A DNA stretch of 63,818 nucleotides, counting the filler, from Octopus bimaculoides (lineage: Eukaryota): the NCBI RefSeq assembly GCF_001194135.2. It is 5 parts of 4 records of this genome, joined end to end, with 100 filler letters (N's around TTAATTAATTAA, not from the genome) between each part and the next. Parts side by side here need not be neighbours in the genome. Positions count along the whole stretch, not along the records: positions 31,409 to 60,467 come from NC_068981.1; positions 60,568 to 63,818 come from NC_068981.1; 3 more parts are not named here. One strand, 5' to 3'. Within the stretch, counting starts at the first letter, position 1, and the number at the start of each line of letters is the position of its first letter. The notes under the pieces are model-generated. The model searched no databases and was not told where the DNA came from. It saw only the letters and a list, made by a program, of their open reading frames with translations. A program made the translations under genes and the position numbers. Positions 50,941-63,515 of this stretch are shown piece by piece.

Positions 50941-51282
50941 CACTGTATAATATTTTATTTCTCTTTATTACGAGGTCATGATTTCTTTTCCACATTATTA
51001 GTTGGTTTATTTAGAAATCTGAATAGGTTTCCCTCAGAAATCTCTATTAACTCCTATATTTTTATAGCTCCTTTCCACCCATGATAATTGCTTTCACTTA
51101 AATATTTTATCACCTAAGAATTATCATACAACGCTAAAGTTTACAATTTTGGTATATTTATTATTGGTTAAATAATCCTATATATATATATATATATATA
51201 TNNNNNNNNNNNNNNNNNNNNNNNNNNNNNNNNNNNNNNNNNNNNNNNNNNNNNNNNNNNNNNNNNNNNNNNNNNNNNNNNN

Positions 51283-51582
51283 TGTCTACTCCTTAAACAG
51301 AGTTTGACCACCTCCTGCACCTACACCTTAGCCCTTTCATGGCGTCTGATGTGGCTTTTTAAACCAGACAGTGTTTTGAAAAAACACCCACACAGATTGC
51401 ACCTCTGATTTGCACTACCAATACCTGCAAGTAAGTTCTGCTCATTGTGGATCCTAACATGTCTTTTAAGACCCCCATTGGATTTGCAAACCCTCTGGCA
51501 CACACCACATTCAAACGTGTGCACAGACATATAATCAGAATAGCTGGGTGAGGTTTGTTTTCCATGGGTTCGCAGGTGAGAT
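51283..51582 (-). mobile_element. 5'-truncated LINE (probably RTE) 3' end encoding tandem C2H2 zinc fingers
   Basis: Open frame SHLRTHGKQTSPSYSDYMSVHTFECGVCQRVCKSNGGLKRHVRIH...QRCNLCGCFFKTLSGLKSHIRRHERAKV*. There are no TGEKP linkers. A short 3' UTR follows, then a gap and (TA)n. Confidence 0.65.
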
Positions 51583-53369
51583 ATATATCAATTTAACTGG
51601 AAAAAAAGATGTGTTAGTCGTGGCTGGAAAGCTTTCAATAGCAGAACATTTTGAAGAAGACTCAAATGGGATTAAATCAAAAACAGTAGTAATCACTATA
51701 GCTGTGTATGAGACATCTTAATATAACGGAACTTTATTTTTGAACAACTTCCTCTTGATTGCCATTTGTGCGAACTTCAGAAAAATTTTAGAATGTTCGT
51801 TCGTTGATTTTGATTTGTAAAAACAAATTTTGATATCATCTGAATCACTTTCAGTCTCAACCTGAATAGTCCAATAACCTCGCTTGATAAGCATAAGATT
51901 TAATTTTAAGAAATTAGATCAAGCTGATATAGTTTTATGTCTTATGAATAAAAGTCAATAGGATTTATGAGAACGAAAATTTCATAGTAGATAGTCATTT
52001 CAATCTCTTTTATCATTAACAAAGTATGATTACAACTGATTTTCAAATGCATTTTCTGTCTTTGGGATCAATTCCTCTTTCTCTCTATCCATATCGTGTT
52101 TATTGTTTTCCCATATACTATTTGTGATTTTTTTTTCTTATTTATATAAATATTACCACTCGGAGTAATGTCAGAAAACTAAATAGGTACAAAATCATTT
52201 TATTTTCTAAAAATATCATGGTGAGTGAATACCAATGATATGAAGTGTAATTTTCAAAATATAAATATTTATTGCATTAAAAACATTAGACCACGTATCA
52301 TGCTTGCACATTCACAATAGATTTATGTTCTCAAGGACATTAATACCGTTTGATTATCAATGAATTATAAATATAACATTACCAACCATCTCAAAAGTAT
52401 TATATTAATTAAATGACTTACCATGTGAACGGTAGCACTTTAGCTAGTATATATAAACCTAAACGAGTAAAATCCAGTAAAGTCGGAACTTTGGAGAAGA
52501 GAGGGGAAAGAAAGAGAAAAAGAAAGATGGGAGACATTGCCAATTATAGTAATAGATTTCAGTAATTTCTATAACAAATTTAGAGTTTAATAGATTGTTA
52601 TTCTTTGTAAGAGTGTTCTTTATGTAAACAATATTTGTCGTAAAAGTTTGTACTACAGAATAAATAACGTACCCCCTCAAATGATAGATTGCTGCAAACA
52701 TCGCTTTCACAACTTTGATCGCTACAACTAACCCGCAGCTCTTTTACTATGAGCATAATTCTTAATAACACCAAAAATTATATATTATATGAAGACAAAA
52801 CCTATACAAACAGAAAGATACAAACACACACAAACACACACACACGCACACACACATACAAATACGCACACAGAAAAAACGCACACACGCATTCACGCAT
52901 ATGGGCTTCATCTCGTAAACGAATAAATATTTTGGTGTATTAAGAAGGATGGTAAGAAAGCACGCAGGTGGTAGTCGCTAGATGTAATGGTTATAATTGC
53001 GAAAGCAATAGTAGTAGTAATTCATCAATAGGAATAATGTTATTGATTCTGAAGAAAATGGCACAATCCAGAATTCTACTATAGATGGTGTATAAAGTTG
53101 GACCACTACACAAAAGACAAAAGCATAAATGCTCATGTGCCACTACGTGGCTCCTTCAAGTATTCCAGGTGTCAAAGTTTAACCAATTTCTTGTTGCGTG
53201 CTTCTTTGAAGAACAACAGGTGATAACCTTTGAACAATCGCATGAACACATTTCTACGTTACACGAAATAGCATTATTCTGTAAATATAAATGTATTCGG
53301 AATTTTTCAACTGAGAACAAAACAAAATCGCAGATGTTCCTTTTAATTTAGTATTATGTATGCATAAGC

Positions 53370-53535
<166 letters not shown>

Positions 53536-54862
53536 CATAAGAACGCACCACAAGAAAAAAGCAACAACGCGAGGACGTGATACGTGCACAGTATTAAAAT
53601 ACGCTCAGGGAAGAAAAGAAACAGGAGGCAGAAGTCCAAGAGAAAAGGAAGACGGAAGAAAAAAATCGCTAACAATCCACGTGTAGTTACAGTTTGAAAA
53701 ATGTGTATACATACACACAAACACGCGCGCGCGCACACACACACATACACACATATATTTATATACACAGAAGTATACCTTTATGCTCTACATTTTTACC
53801 GGATATATTCGATTGACTGTTGAGATTACCATTCCTCATCTATACTCGTATTCCGTTATGACCGTATTATCCAAGCAATCTTAGACTAAATTGTTATGTA
53901 AATGAATTATATATTATTGAAATAATCTGGCATACTGAATGCATTTACTGCGCACATTTTATGTGGCTACGTAACAATTTATTACGTAGTTTACATTCTC
54001 TTCAGTCGTTATAAGCGCGCTACTTAAGTAGTGTCAAATCTATCCTAATGTGCAGTAAACCGGTTAAGAAATATCGCATAAAATCATAGAAAGAAACATG
54101 AGAAACTACAGCCGAACCTGAACCAAAAGAAGGAGAATTGTTATAAAAGTATGTATGCGAATGTATGTGTGTATTGTATGCTTGAGTGAGTAGCCATGTG
54201 TGACTGTATGTATATGAGTGTGTATGGACATGTGTGTATTTCTCTGCGTGTGTTATTTTAAGAGTTCCTGCTCGGTATTCCCACTCATACGAATGATCAT
54301 ATTTGGAGTTAAAATGCTATCAGATTTTCTTCATTTGAGCTCAAGGCGTTTACTTGCTCACCTGAAGAAGTAAATGCTATTAAACTTAGTCACATGACCA
54401 TATTTATTTACAAGCGACGTTATTCTACTCTTGTCACATGACCTCTTCACTCGGACATCAGAAAGAACTCAGTACACTGAAAGCAGGAGGATCACCTCAC
54501 TGGACCGGAGTTGGCTTGCGAACGTTACGTGACTGCTTTACGCCATTCAGTTCGTATGATACCCTCATAAAACTAGTATAGACCTTTCTTATGAAGAAAG
54601 GAAATTGGAATCTTCTCTTCAGTAGGGGTACAAACATTCTAAAGTACTTGACGAACATTTCTTAAATGAAAAAAAGTAAATATTCTACTTCATTTTATTT
54701 TAGTCAATCACATTTCCATGGAAAATTTGTAGAAATTCTGTACCTGTATATAGATAAACAAAGGGACCATTCCGTCTTTTCATCTTACTAATCTTATTAT
54801 CATTACTAATATACTATTGTGTCCACTGCTTGCATCTGCAAGTTGTTTGCAAATAATCTCTT

Positions 54863-54913
<51 letters not shown>

Positions 54914-54920
54914 TTCTCTC

Positions 54921-54965
<45 letters not shown>

Positions 54966-55230
54966 TATTGTAACATTGTACAAGCAGACATATATGAAAC
55001 CCTACACCTATAAGATCCTGTTCAATACAATTGATAACCTCTCAAATCTTCAAGCTGCGGATGTCAAAACTTCGCTGGACAGCGTAGACCAACAGCAATG
55101 GAATTCCGGAGTTGTTTACCTGTTGTTTCAAGTTTTACTGTATAGTCTTTAATGCGTGGTGCTCTACTTTAACATGCCATGCTCTTAATTGATCATCTTT
55201 ATTCAATATGTATTTACACACGAGAGAGAG

Positions 55231-55553
55231 AAGACCCTCTTCGGTCAGGAATGACCATGTGTTTGCACCGATAAGGCACAAGTCTGGACAAGGTTGTTTA
55301 TAGAAGACCAGCAGTCGCCCATGCATACTAGACTCCTCTCTTCACGCCACCGATGTTGTCCAATGGAAAGGCAAAGGCCAATACAGCTTGGTACTTGTGA
55401 TGTCGCAACTCATTTCTATAGCTGAGTGAACTGGTGCAACGTTGAAATAAAGTGTCTTGCTCAAGAACAAAGCATAGAGCCCCGTCCAGGAATCGAACGC
55501 ACAACATCATGATTATAAGCCCAACGACCTTATCACTGAGCCATGCGCGTTCA
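55231..55553 (-). mobile_element. Full-length tRNA-derived SINE family C
   Basis: Minus-strand head tggctcagtgataagg...cgttcgattcctgg, then gagcaagacactttatttca, body, and tail tgaccgaagagggtctt. Confidence 0.88.
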
Positions 55554-56564
55554 CACACACACACACACAGCATGTTCGTAGATATGCCTGTTTATCTTAT
55601 CTATCAGAACGCAAGCTGCTTAATTGTTTCCAACCCACCAATGCATACCACGTCCATTAAAGGCCACGAAATAAACTCGAAAGCTTTCCTCTCATTTCTT
55701 CTGTGTATCACACCCAGTCAGTTAAGAACTATACATCCTTAGAATTTTTCATTAAGCAAAGTATTATTGCTGGTGCTAAACTACAGAGGTTTAGGTTTGC
55801 GCGATCAACAACCTCAAGAAATTCAAGCTGAATTTCAATCACAACAAACTAATCAGTTTAAAGAAACCTACAAAGGAACAGCACCTCTTCCTTCGATTGC
55901 CCAATTAAAACAAAACCCTGGCAATCAGCTGAGAATTCATTGGTTTCTGTTCTGAAATCAATATTGAATTTAATAGTTGAAAGAAAGTAATATATAAAGT
56001 GCGATTTCATTCGATTTAAATAGCCTTCCGATTGATATTAACGTCCTAAGTGGGACGTAATTGAAGTGAAATACTTCTTAATTTGGAATCGAAGCTGGTA
56101 GAAATGAAATGCTAAAATCAAACAAACAAAAACTGCAAACAAACAAAGTCCAAGGGTAAAGTATAGTAAAAGTAAAGCAAAACATTCATCTATAGTAATC
56201 TAATCAGACAGCTAGACAAACAAGAATAGAGATACATAGACTTAAATGAAAGATATTTTATAAATATGGTGAACATTAACATGTGCACTGTAGTACAGGC
56301 ATGTCAAGACTGGAATTTAAGTTTCACACTAAGAGTAATAATTCACGTCACCCACTCTTTAAACCTGTGACAATCATGCAAACACATATGCACCTAACAT
56401 TTAATGAAACAACTAATGTGGTGGCACACATATTGCTATATTCACACACAAACAATCACACATATACAGCGTAGTGCAAAAGTAGGTATACAGTTATGGA
56501 AAAGGGAAACACGTACAATATTCATTTATTTTTATCAAAAAAATAAAAAATTACGATAAAAGTC

Positions 56565-56700
56565 TTCTTTTCTACTCTAGGCACAAGGCCCGAAATTTTG
56601 GGGAGGGGGCCAGTCGATTAGATCGACCTCAGTAAGCAAGTGGTACTTAATCTATTGACCCCGAAAGGATGAAAAGCAAAGTCAACCTCAGCCTCGGCGG
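56565..56700 (-). mobile_element. SINE family A 3' half
   Basis: ttcttttctactctaggcacaaggcccgaaatt...gtcgattagatcgacc, nearly identical to the tail at 42295. Confidence 0.88.
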
Positions 56701-58111
56701 GCTACGAAAATAGTATTATTATAGTTATGATAAATGTATTATTATGATTAATAACACCGAAAATATCAGAAATGAGGCGAACTAGTTTAATGTGCTAATA
56801 ATTTTAATGAATTAAGTATCATAATATTGATGTGGTAATTACTGTATACCTACTTTTGAACCCCCTGTAAACGCATGCATGCATACATATTTGTATACGT
56901 ACATACACGAGAGATTACACAAGCACACAAACATACACAAACATTTACATAGTGATGTCTTCTAGTCATGTTGCTCTTGATACAGAACTGGATACTAGTT
57001 TTACTTTTATAAATCGATGTTTCATGTTCGTAAAGTCCCTTCCAATTTGTTTAGAGCAGTGAAGATCTAGAGCTGCATGGACAATGTAACAACGTTGAAA
57101 TCAGCACTCGATTCTCCGTTTTGATCGTCAGTGATCTGGTGTGTTATGGATATTACTTCTATTATAAATCGTTTATTATTTTTTTGAGAATACTCCTCTA
57201 GTTTTGTTTTGCATTATCTAGAGTAGGGAGGAGTGCACTGCACATCATATAATTATTAGTGTTTTGCGAACCGAAAGAATGAATTTCGTATTTGACTAAT
57301 AAATCAGTTGATGTCATGAGGCTTCACGTTTGCAATCGAATTTTTATACCACAGTCATATTAGTAGCTTGTCCCTGAGTTTACACATCTATGCATTTATT
57401 TCTCTTCTTTTTTAATCATTTAGATAGGAAGAAGAAATAGTTTAGTGTTATTGGTTTTGTAATACAAGTATTGGTATATATTTTCGCATGTTACATTGTA
57501 TATTTTGTTTCTCTAGGTACATGAATCAATCGGCTGTAACATTGAGCATTTGATTCATATAATGCAGTTTAAATCTATGTATGGTCGACTTAGTTTTAAA
57601 GATGTAATATCTCACAGATATGTTTTATCCTCTGTGTCTCTCTTTCAGTATTTTTCTAATAATTTGTTAGTGTACTCGTGATTTTATGCATACACACACA
57701 TACACGTGAATATATATATATATATATATATANNNNNNNNNNNNNNNNNNNNNNNNNNNNNNNNNNNNNNNNNNNNNNNNNNNNNNNNNNNNNNNNNNNN
57801 NNNNNNNNNNNNNNNNNNNNNNNNNNNNNNNNNNNNNNNNNNNNNNNNNNNNNNNNNNNNNNNNNNNNNNNNNNNNNNNNNNNNNNNNNNNNNNNNNNNN
57901 NNNNNNNNNNNNNNNNNNNNNNNNNNNNNNNNNNNNNNNNNNNNNNNNNNNNNNNNNNNNNNNNNNNNNNNNNNNNNNNNNNNNNNNNNNNNNNNNNNNN
58001 NNNNNNNNNNNNNNNNNNNNNNNNNNNNNNNNNNNNNNNNNNNNNNNNNNNNNNNNNNNNNNNNNNNNNNNNNNNNNNNNNNNNNNNAATTTTGGATTTT
58101 GTCCCTAATAT

Positions 58112-58148
<37 letters not shown>

Positions 58149-58232
58149 AACACATAAACACACACACACGCAAAGTATGGGGGTTTAGTTTGTAGGTGAT
58201 CTAAACGTGTAGGTACGTTAGGTAAGTGCTGT

Positions 58233-59533
58233 AAGGAGAATAGGAATTCCCCATCACTAGCCAGCCACAGACACCATCTAATTAATAGAAAAATACAGTA
58301 TAAATTTTCCCGGGCTATAATAGACTCGGGTACCCTATATCAGGGCCAACACTCTAGTTTTGGACCTTGCTTAAAAGAAGCTCTCAAAATTCTAACCCAC
58401 AACTCACCACAATTGCTCAATAAATACAACGAAGCCTGCACTACGTGTAAGCACAAATTCTTCCACACTTTTAAATTCTTTCATAAAAGTAAATGTAAGC
58501 TCACCCACCACGATTAACACCCTCATAAAACCCCTTTGATCATTAACGCATACCCCTTTTATATTGCTATAACTCTTATTTCTACCTTATGTCTTACCTC
58601 ATATCTATCTACCGTACTTCATCATACTATGAGATAAATATTAATTCTTTAATTTATTCTTAATTTATTTTAAGCCTTAACCCAATAAATACGCAACTAT
58701 AAACCCCTAACTCTAACTCCCACTCATAAATAATTTAACATCCAACTAGCTCTTCCGTTCTCGACTACCCACGCACACACAACCCCATTACTAAAACTAA
58801 CTCTCCAGCCAGGGCGGACACAGACAATTACTACCAAGTTTCCTCCCCAACAACTTTAGTCTTTGAAACTACCGGGCATCTAGTACTCTCTATAAATTCC
58901 TTTCATTTCGCTCTATTTTTTTTTTACCGTATCTTCCTCTACCTCCTCATCGTCTCTCTCATCTTCTCGGCTACTCCGTACACAATTCTTAGACACCACA
59001 CACACATGCACCTTACTTTATCCTATAGCTAATCCTTAAAATCCCCCCTTCCTCACACTATCTACCTCACTTTCTATTTCTTTTCTTTTCTTTACTTTTA
59101 CCAATTAATAGCCACCTCCGCTACCATTCTGTTATTGAACGTTGATATGTTCGCGTCTTTTTCTTGGGCTGTCTACTATATCAGGACTTTAACCCACATG
59201 GATATACGCAGGATTGCACCTAAAACTTACGTTCATAGATCTACGCAGGATTGCACCTAAGGGCTCATGCTCTGATTTCTAAGTTCGGAAAGTTGAACTA
59301 TGAAGTTTTATGCTTCTTTTTTTCTTCTCTCTTTCCATCTCCTTATTCTTTTACTCCCTTCATCTATGTTGTCATCTTATCGATATTCCATTCGCATTTT
59401 CTATATATTTCCCCTAATTTTCTCTGATGACAGAATATCCCATACTCGGAGATATCCCAGAAACAGCTGTAAGATTTTGAATTTCTTCGTATAATAATAT
59501 ATATGACTTGAGATGTTTGCCTTCCTGTTTAAC

Positions 59534-59537
<4 letters not shown>
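58233..59537 (+). mobile_element. Naiad-like PLE 3' end: EN C-terminus (58233-58517) plus ~1-kb 3' UTR/pLTR
   Basis: Open frame KENRNSPSLASHRHHLINRKIQYKFSRAIIDSGTLYQGQHSSFGPCLKEALKILTHNSPQLLNKYNEACTTCKHKFF...*, resembling SL..HIW.L..I.Y.I.W.II...C.LC..E...IL...LLN...E....C.H. A pyrimidine-rich UTR ends in an HHR and (TA)n. Confidence 0.7.
59421..59474 (+). ncRNA. Type-I hammerhead ribozyme motif (canonical core, weakened stems)
   Basis: UCU-CUGAUGA-[stem II auauc-cc/gg-a-gauau]-GAAA-CAGCUG-UA^-AGA. Stem III is the palindrome ACAGCUGU. Stem I is only 3 bp and the base of stem II is mismatched. Confidence 0.55.
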
Positions 59538-59574
<37 letters not shown>

Positions 59575-59789
59575 CTGTTAAATATACAAGCTGTTAAAAA
59601 TATGTCCAGTCATTGGTGTGACCAGTGGTTTCGCATCCATAAAGCACTAGGCCTTATACACGGTTTGTCAGACTCAATGGTGAATGCATATCCCTCTTCA
59701 AAATGGAGGTAGGAAACCTTTACGGCTAGTTAATATGTAAGCATAGGCTAAAACACCGTTTGAGACTTGGACGAATTATCTCACTTAGA

Positions 59790-60205
59790 CCAGTTCATGA
59801 GGCAAATTTTATGGATTTAAGTGGCGAAAGGGACGAAAGAGGAATCTCTGCTTCTAGGCTGTTTCCAGTCTGCGGGGATTTCTTTCGGCTTCAATCGGCG
59901 AGCGGAAAGCCTGAAAGAGGACCTGCACAACCACAGGTCTTCTTCCAGGATTCCAGAAAGATCGTATGTCACATCCCTTGCCAGCCATGTATAGCGGCTT
60001 GAGAATAATGGAATCCCGTATGAAATTAAATGGAAGATCATAGAGCAACTGGACCCTTCATTAACGGAAGAGGCCGATGCAAGCTCTGTATGGCAGAGCG
60101 AGCATGAGTAGTCAAAGTCACAGATCCTTATTAAATGCTAGAAGCGAGATTTATAGCCCCTGCTTCTATTTCAAGCGCTACCTGCAACAGACACGGGATT
60201 CCCCG
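59790..60205 (+). mobile_element. Naiad-like PLE GIY-YIG endonuclease fragment, decayed
   Basis: LKEDLHNHRSSSRIPERSYVTSLASHV*RLENNGIPYEIKWKIIEQ, then after frameshifts NGRGRCKLCMAER and LLNARSEIYSPCFYFKRYL. Confidence 0.85.
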
Positions 60206-60417
60206 CTCACCGATTAGCGCCGAAAAAGTGCCCGCTAACTGTATGTGCATTTTTGACTGTTGTGTACGCAAAGTGAAACTGGTCGATCCAGTTTATTTTA
60301 GCCACTAATACGGATGAGTTTACTCAAGAAATGTATTCGCGTGTGGCTAAGGGAGATGCACAGTTTCTGGCCACAGAATTCCAAGCTCAGCTGAAATATG
60401 CGGCATATACAGCTGTC

Positions 60418-60467
<50 letters not shown>

Positions 60468-60684
60468 NNNNNNNNNNNNNNNNNNNNNNNNNNNNNNNNN
60501 NNNNNNNNNNNTTAATTAATTAANNNNNNNNNNNNNNNNNNNNNNNNNNNNNNNNNNNNNNNNNNNNGAATTCTTTATACTGAAATATATATTGAAGAAG
60601 ATAAATATGTTCTTTTGAATTTATACGTTTTTGCGTCGTAACTCCTTTATTATTATTATTATTTATATATATATATATATATAA

Positions 60685-60740
<56 letters not shown>

Positions 60741-61876
60741 GTGTGTATATATATATGGGTGTGTGTGTGTGTGTGCATGTAAATATGTATATATCAGCAT
60801 AACAGCTTTTGTAATATGATATAGATTAGACGTATAATAATGCTAGAGGAGGATATTCAACGATGACCAGTATATGGAAAACATTGTATGATTTATTCAT
60901 ATTATACTAATTGAAAATTATCTTCTATCAGCAAAACAATCAGCAACTCCATTTATGAATGTCCACTATTGATTTATCTAATCATATCCGTGAGATAGAT
61001 GTTACGGTTGTGATTAAATATGATTATAGAGACCGATAGCCTTAGAACATGCAATAACCAGTCAATAAATAAAAGAAAAACCGCTCGTATACAGGCACAA
61101 ATGCACGCACACTCATTAACATATAATGTTGTAATGCATGTCATGCAATATGAATATGCTTGTATCTATGTATATATATACATACATATATATATAAATA
61201 TATATATATATATANNNNNNNNNNNNNNNNNNNNNNNNNNNNNNNNNNNNNNNNNNNNNNNNNNNNNNNNNNNNNNNNNNNNNNNNNNNNNNNNNNNNNN
61301 NNNNNNNNNNNNNNNNNNNNNNNNNNNNNNNNNNNNNNNNNNNNNNNNNNNNNATATATATAGCCTCGGTTGCATTATAATCGTTGAAACGGGTGTTCGA
61401 TAAAAAAGAAACACTCTAATGAAATAAGGAGATATATGGTCTTTTCAATTGTTATTGGAGAAAAAGAGTAGAAAGAAAACGAATTCCATATACACTGTAT
61501 GAAAACGGAAACCTAAGCATCTTGACGTAATTTTGAATTTCCTTTATCGCCCTCTACGAAGAGCTGACATAGTGGACGTGTAGTACACTAACAAAACCAT
61601 GTTTCATCATGATTAAAGCTCTCTCTCCCTCGCTTTCCTTCTCCTCTCTGTCTCTCTCCCACGCGCACACATAAGATATGACCAGTTTTCGTTAAGCTGA
61701 GTGAAACTAATTGATAGGCGTCTGAGTACTCAAAGAGTTATGCCACTAAAAATCTGCTTTGCACTGCAGTTAAAGTTATTATTTTTGACTGACGCATCCA
61801 AAGTATATAGAACAGACATCCGCTTGGGTTGGTAGGTATATGTTAAAGTACAATGGAAAGGCAAGTAATTTTGACC

Positions 61877-62449
61877 AGACTTGACGTGAACATTAGATTT
61901 AATTTAGCTATATAATAAAAGGTTGGGATAGTTTCTGATGCTCTTTCTAGAATATCTCAGCTTCCGGAACATCGTGTAGGGCGAAGATGCAACACGCTGA
62001 GTATTCCGTCATCTGAGAGATATAGGTTAAACAAATATAACAGTGGAAGAAAATTTCTCAGCAATGATAGTTGTTGTGGTTCATTATGTCTAGAAAGGGC
62101 GGAGAAATCCAATTATATCCAGTTAGATCGGCGGATTACTATCTAACAATTCGAATAGATCGTGGACTTTTCTAAGGATTACCCGATCTAATTGGATTTA
62201 ATTGGATTTCTCCTTTCATTCTAGATCTAATGAATCCCAACAGCTTCTATTGGTGGGAAACATCCAAACTTTTTTTCCACGGTCACATTTGTTTAATCTG
62301 CCTCTCTCCGATGACGGAATACTTAGCATGTGCAATCTTGGCTCGACACGATGTTCCATTAGCTGGGATATCCTACAAAAAGCTACTAGAGACTATTCCG
62401 ATCTTTTATTATATTATATTAAATTAAATCAAATATCCTTGTCAAGTCT
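61877..62449. mobile_element. ~570-bp imperfect palindrome (foldback/MITE-like element)
   Basis: 61877-62037 is reverse-complementary to 62286-62449, and 62080-62131 to 62183-62235. The central spacer is ~50 nt. Confidence 0.8.
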
Positions 62450-62534
62450 TGGATTTCCATTTTCATATAGCGTATATGCAATTGATTTTCTATCTACTCG
62501 TTATCCAACAACAACAAAAAACAACAACAACAAA

Positions 62535-62599
<65 letters not shown>

Positions 62600-62619
62600 T
62601 GATGATGATGATAATAATT

Positions 62620-62824
62620 GTTCTCTTATTTGTTCGTTTCAGTCATTTAACTGCGGCCATGCTGGGGCACCACCTTTGATCGAACAAATCGACCCCAGGA
62701 TTTATTCCTTGAATGCTTAGAACGTATTCTATCGGCTTCTTTATCCAAAACGCTTCGTTAGAGGGACGTGAACACACCAGCATCGGTCGTCAAGCGATAG
62801 TGGGGGTATTAATACAGACACACG
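62620..62824 (-). mobile_element. SINE family B 3' half
   Basis: gtttcagtcatttaactgcggccatgctgggg...gaacaaatcgaccccagg...acacaccagcatcggtcgtcaagcgatagtggggg. Confidence 0.85.
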
Positions 62825-63515
62825 TATGACTAAAAATACTCACACTCTTCTCCTTATTAGATTATATCTCTTCTATATTATGTATAATTTTTTGTACTCT
62901 TACATGTACCCTTCTAATCGTAGCTTTTTCTTATATTTATATTGGCACGGCACCCCTACAACTCGAATGGCATTACAACCATACTGCCATTCTATATCCT
63001 TCTCACATGATACTAAGCTGGATTAATCCCCATAAAATAATCTGTTTTCTTTTATATATACTAAAATACACCTTCTGTATAACCAAAACATCGCCACCCA
63101 TTTTTTAATTTTTTTTACTCATCTCTTTCCACGCTCATTTATCTCCCCTACAATTAATTTGGTCTTTGTATCTTCATAGTATTATTTTTAAATTCACATT
63201 TTTATCTTTATAAACAACGCAAGTACGTACTTCTTTAATTGTAATATTAATAATTACTTCTCTGTTTTTACTTATCTTCTCCTTTATTATTTATACGTGT
63301 TACCTAATGTGATTATTTATGTAAACATGAGTCCTTTATATACATCAGCTTCTCTCTTTAACTCATTCTTATTTCTCTATGTTTTGTCATCTTTTTACGT
63401 TAACTATCTAGTAGTGGCTGTCATATACCAATTCTTCACACTAAATTTCATTCTTCTGTAGAGATAAAATAAGCATTAGGAGTATCTTTACGAATCCAAA
63501 TCTTATCATTAAAAT

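Noticed and set aside
51321-51530. Host C2H2 zinc-finger gene
   Set aside because: It lacks TGEKP linkers, is 5'-truncated mid-finger and ends near a TA tail. A LINE terminus explains it better; it is kept as a finding in that form.
58700-58715. Telomeric-like aaccctaac
   Set aside because: Single unit, not an array.
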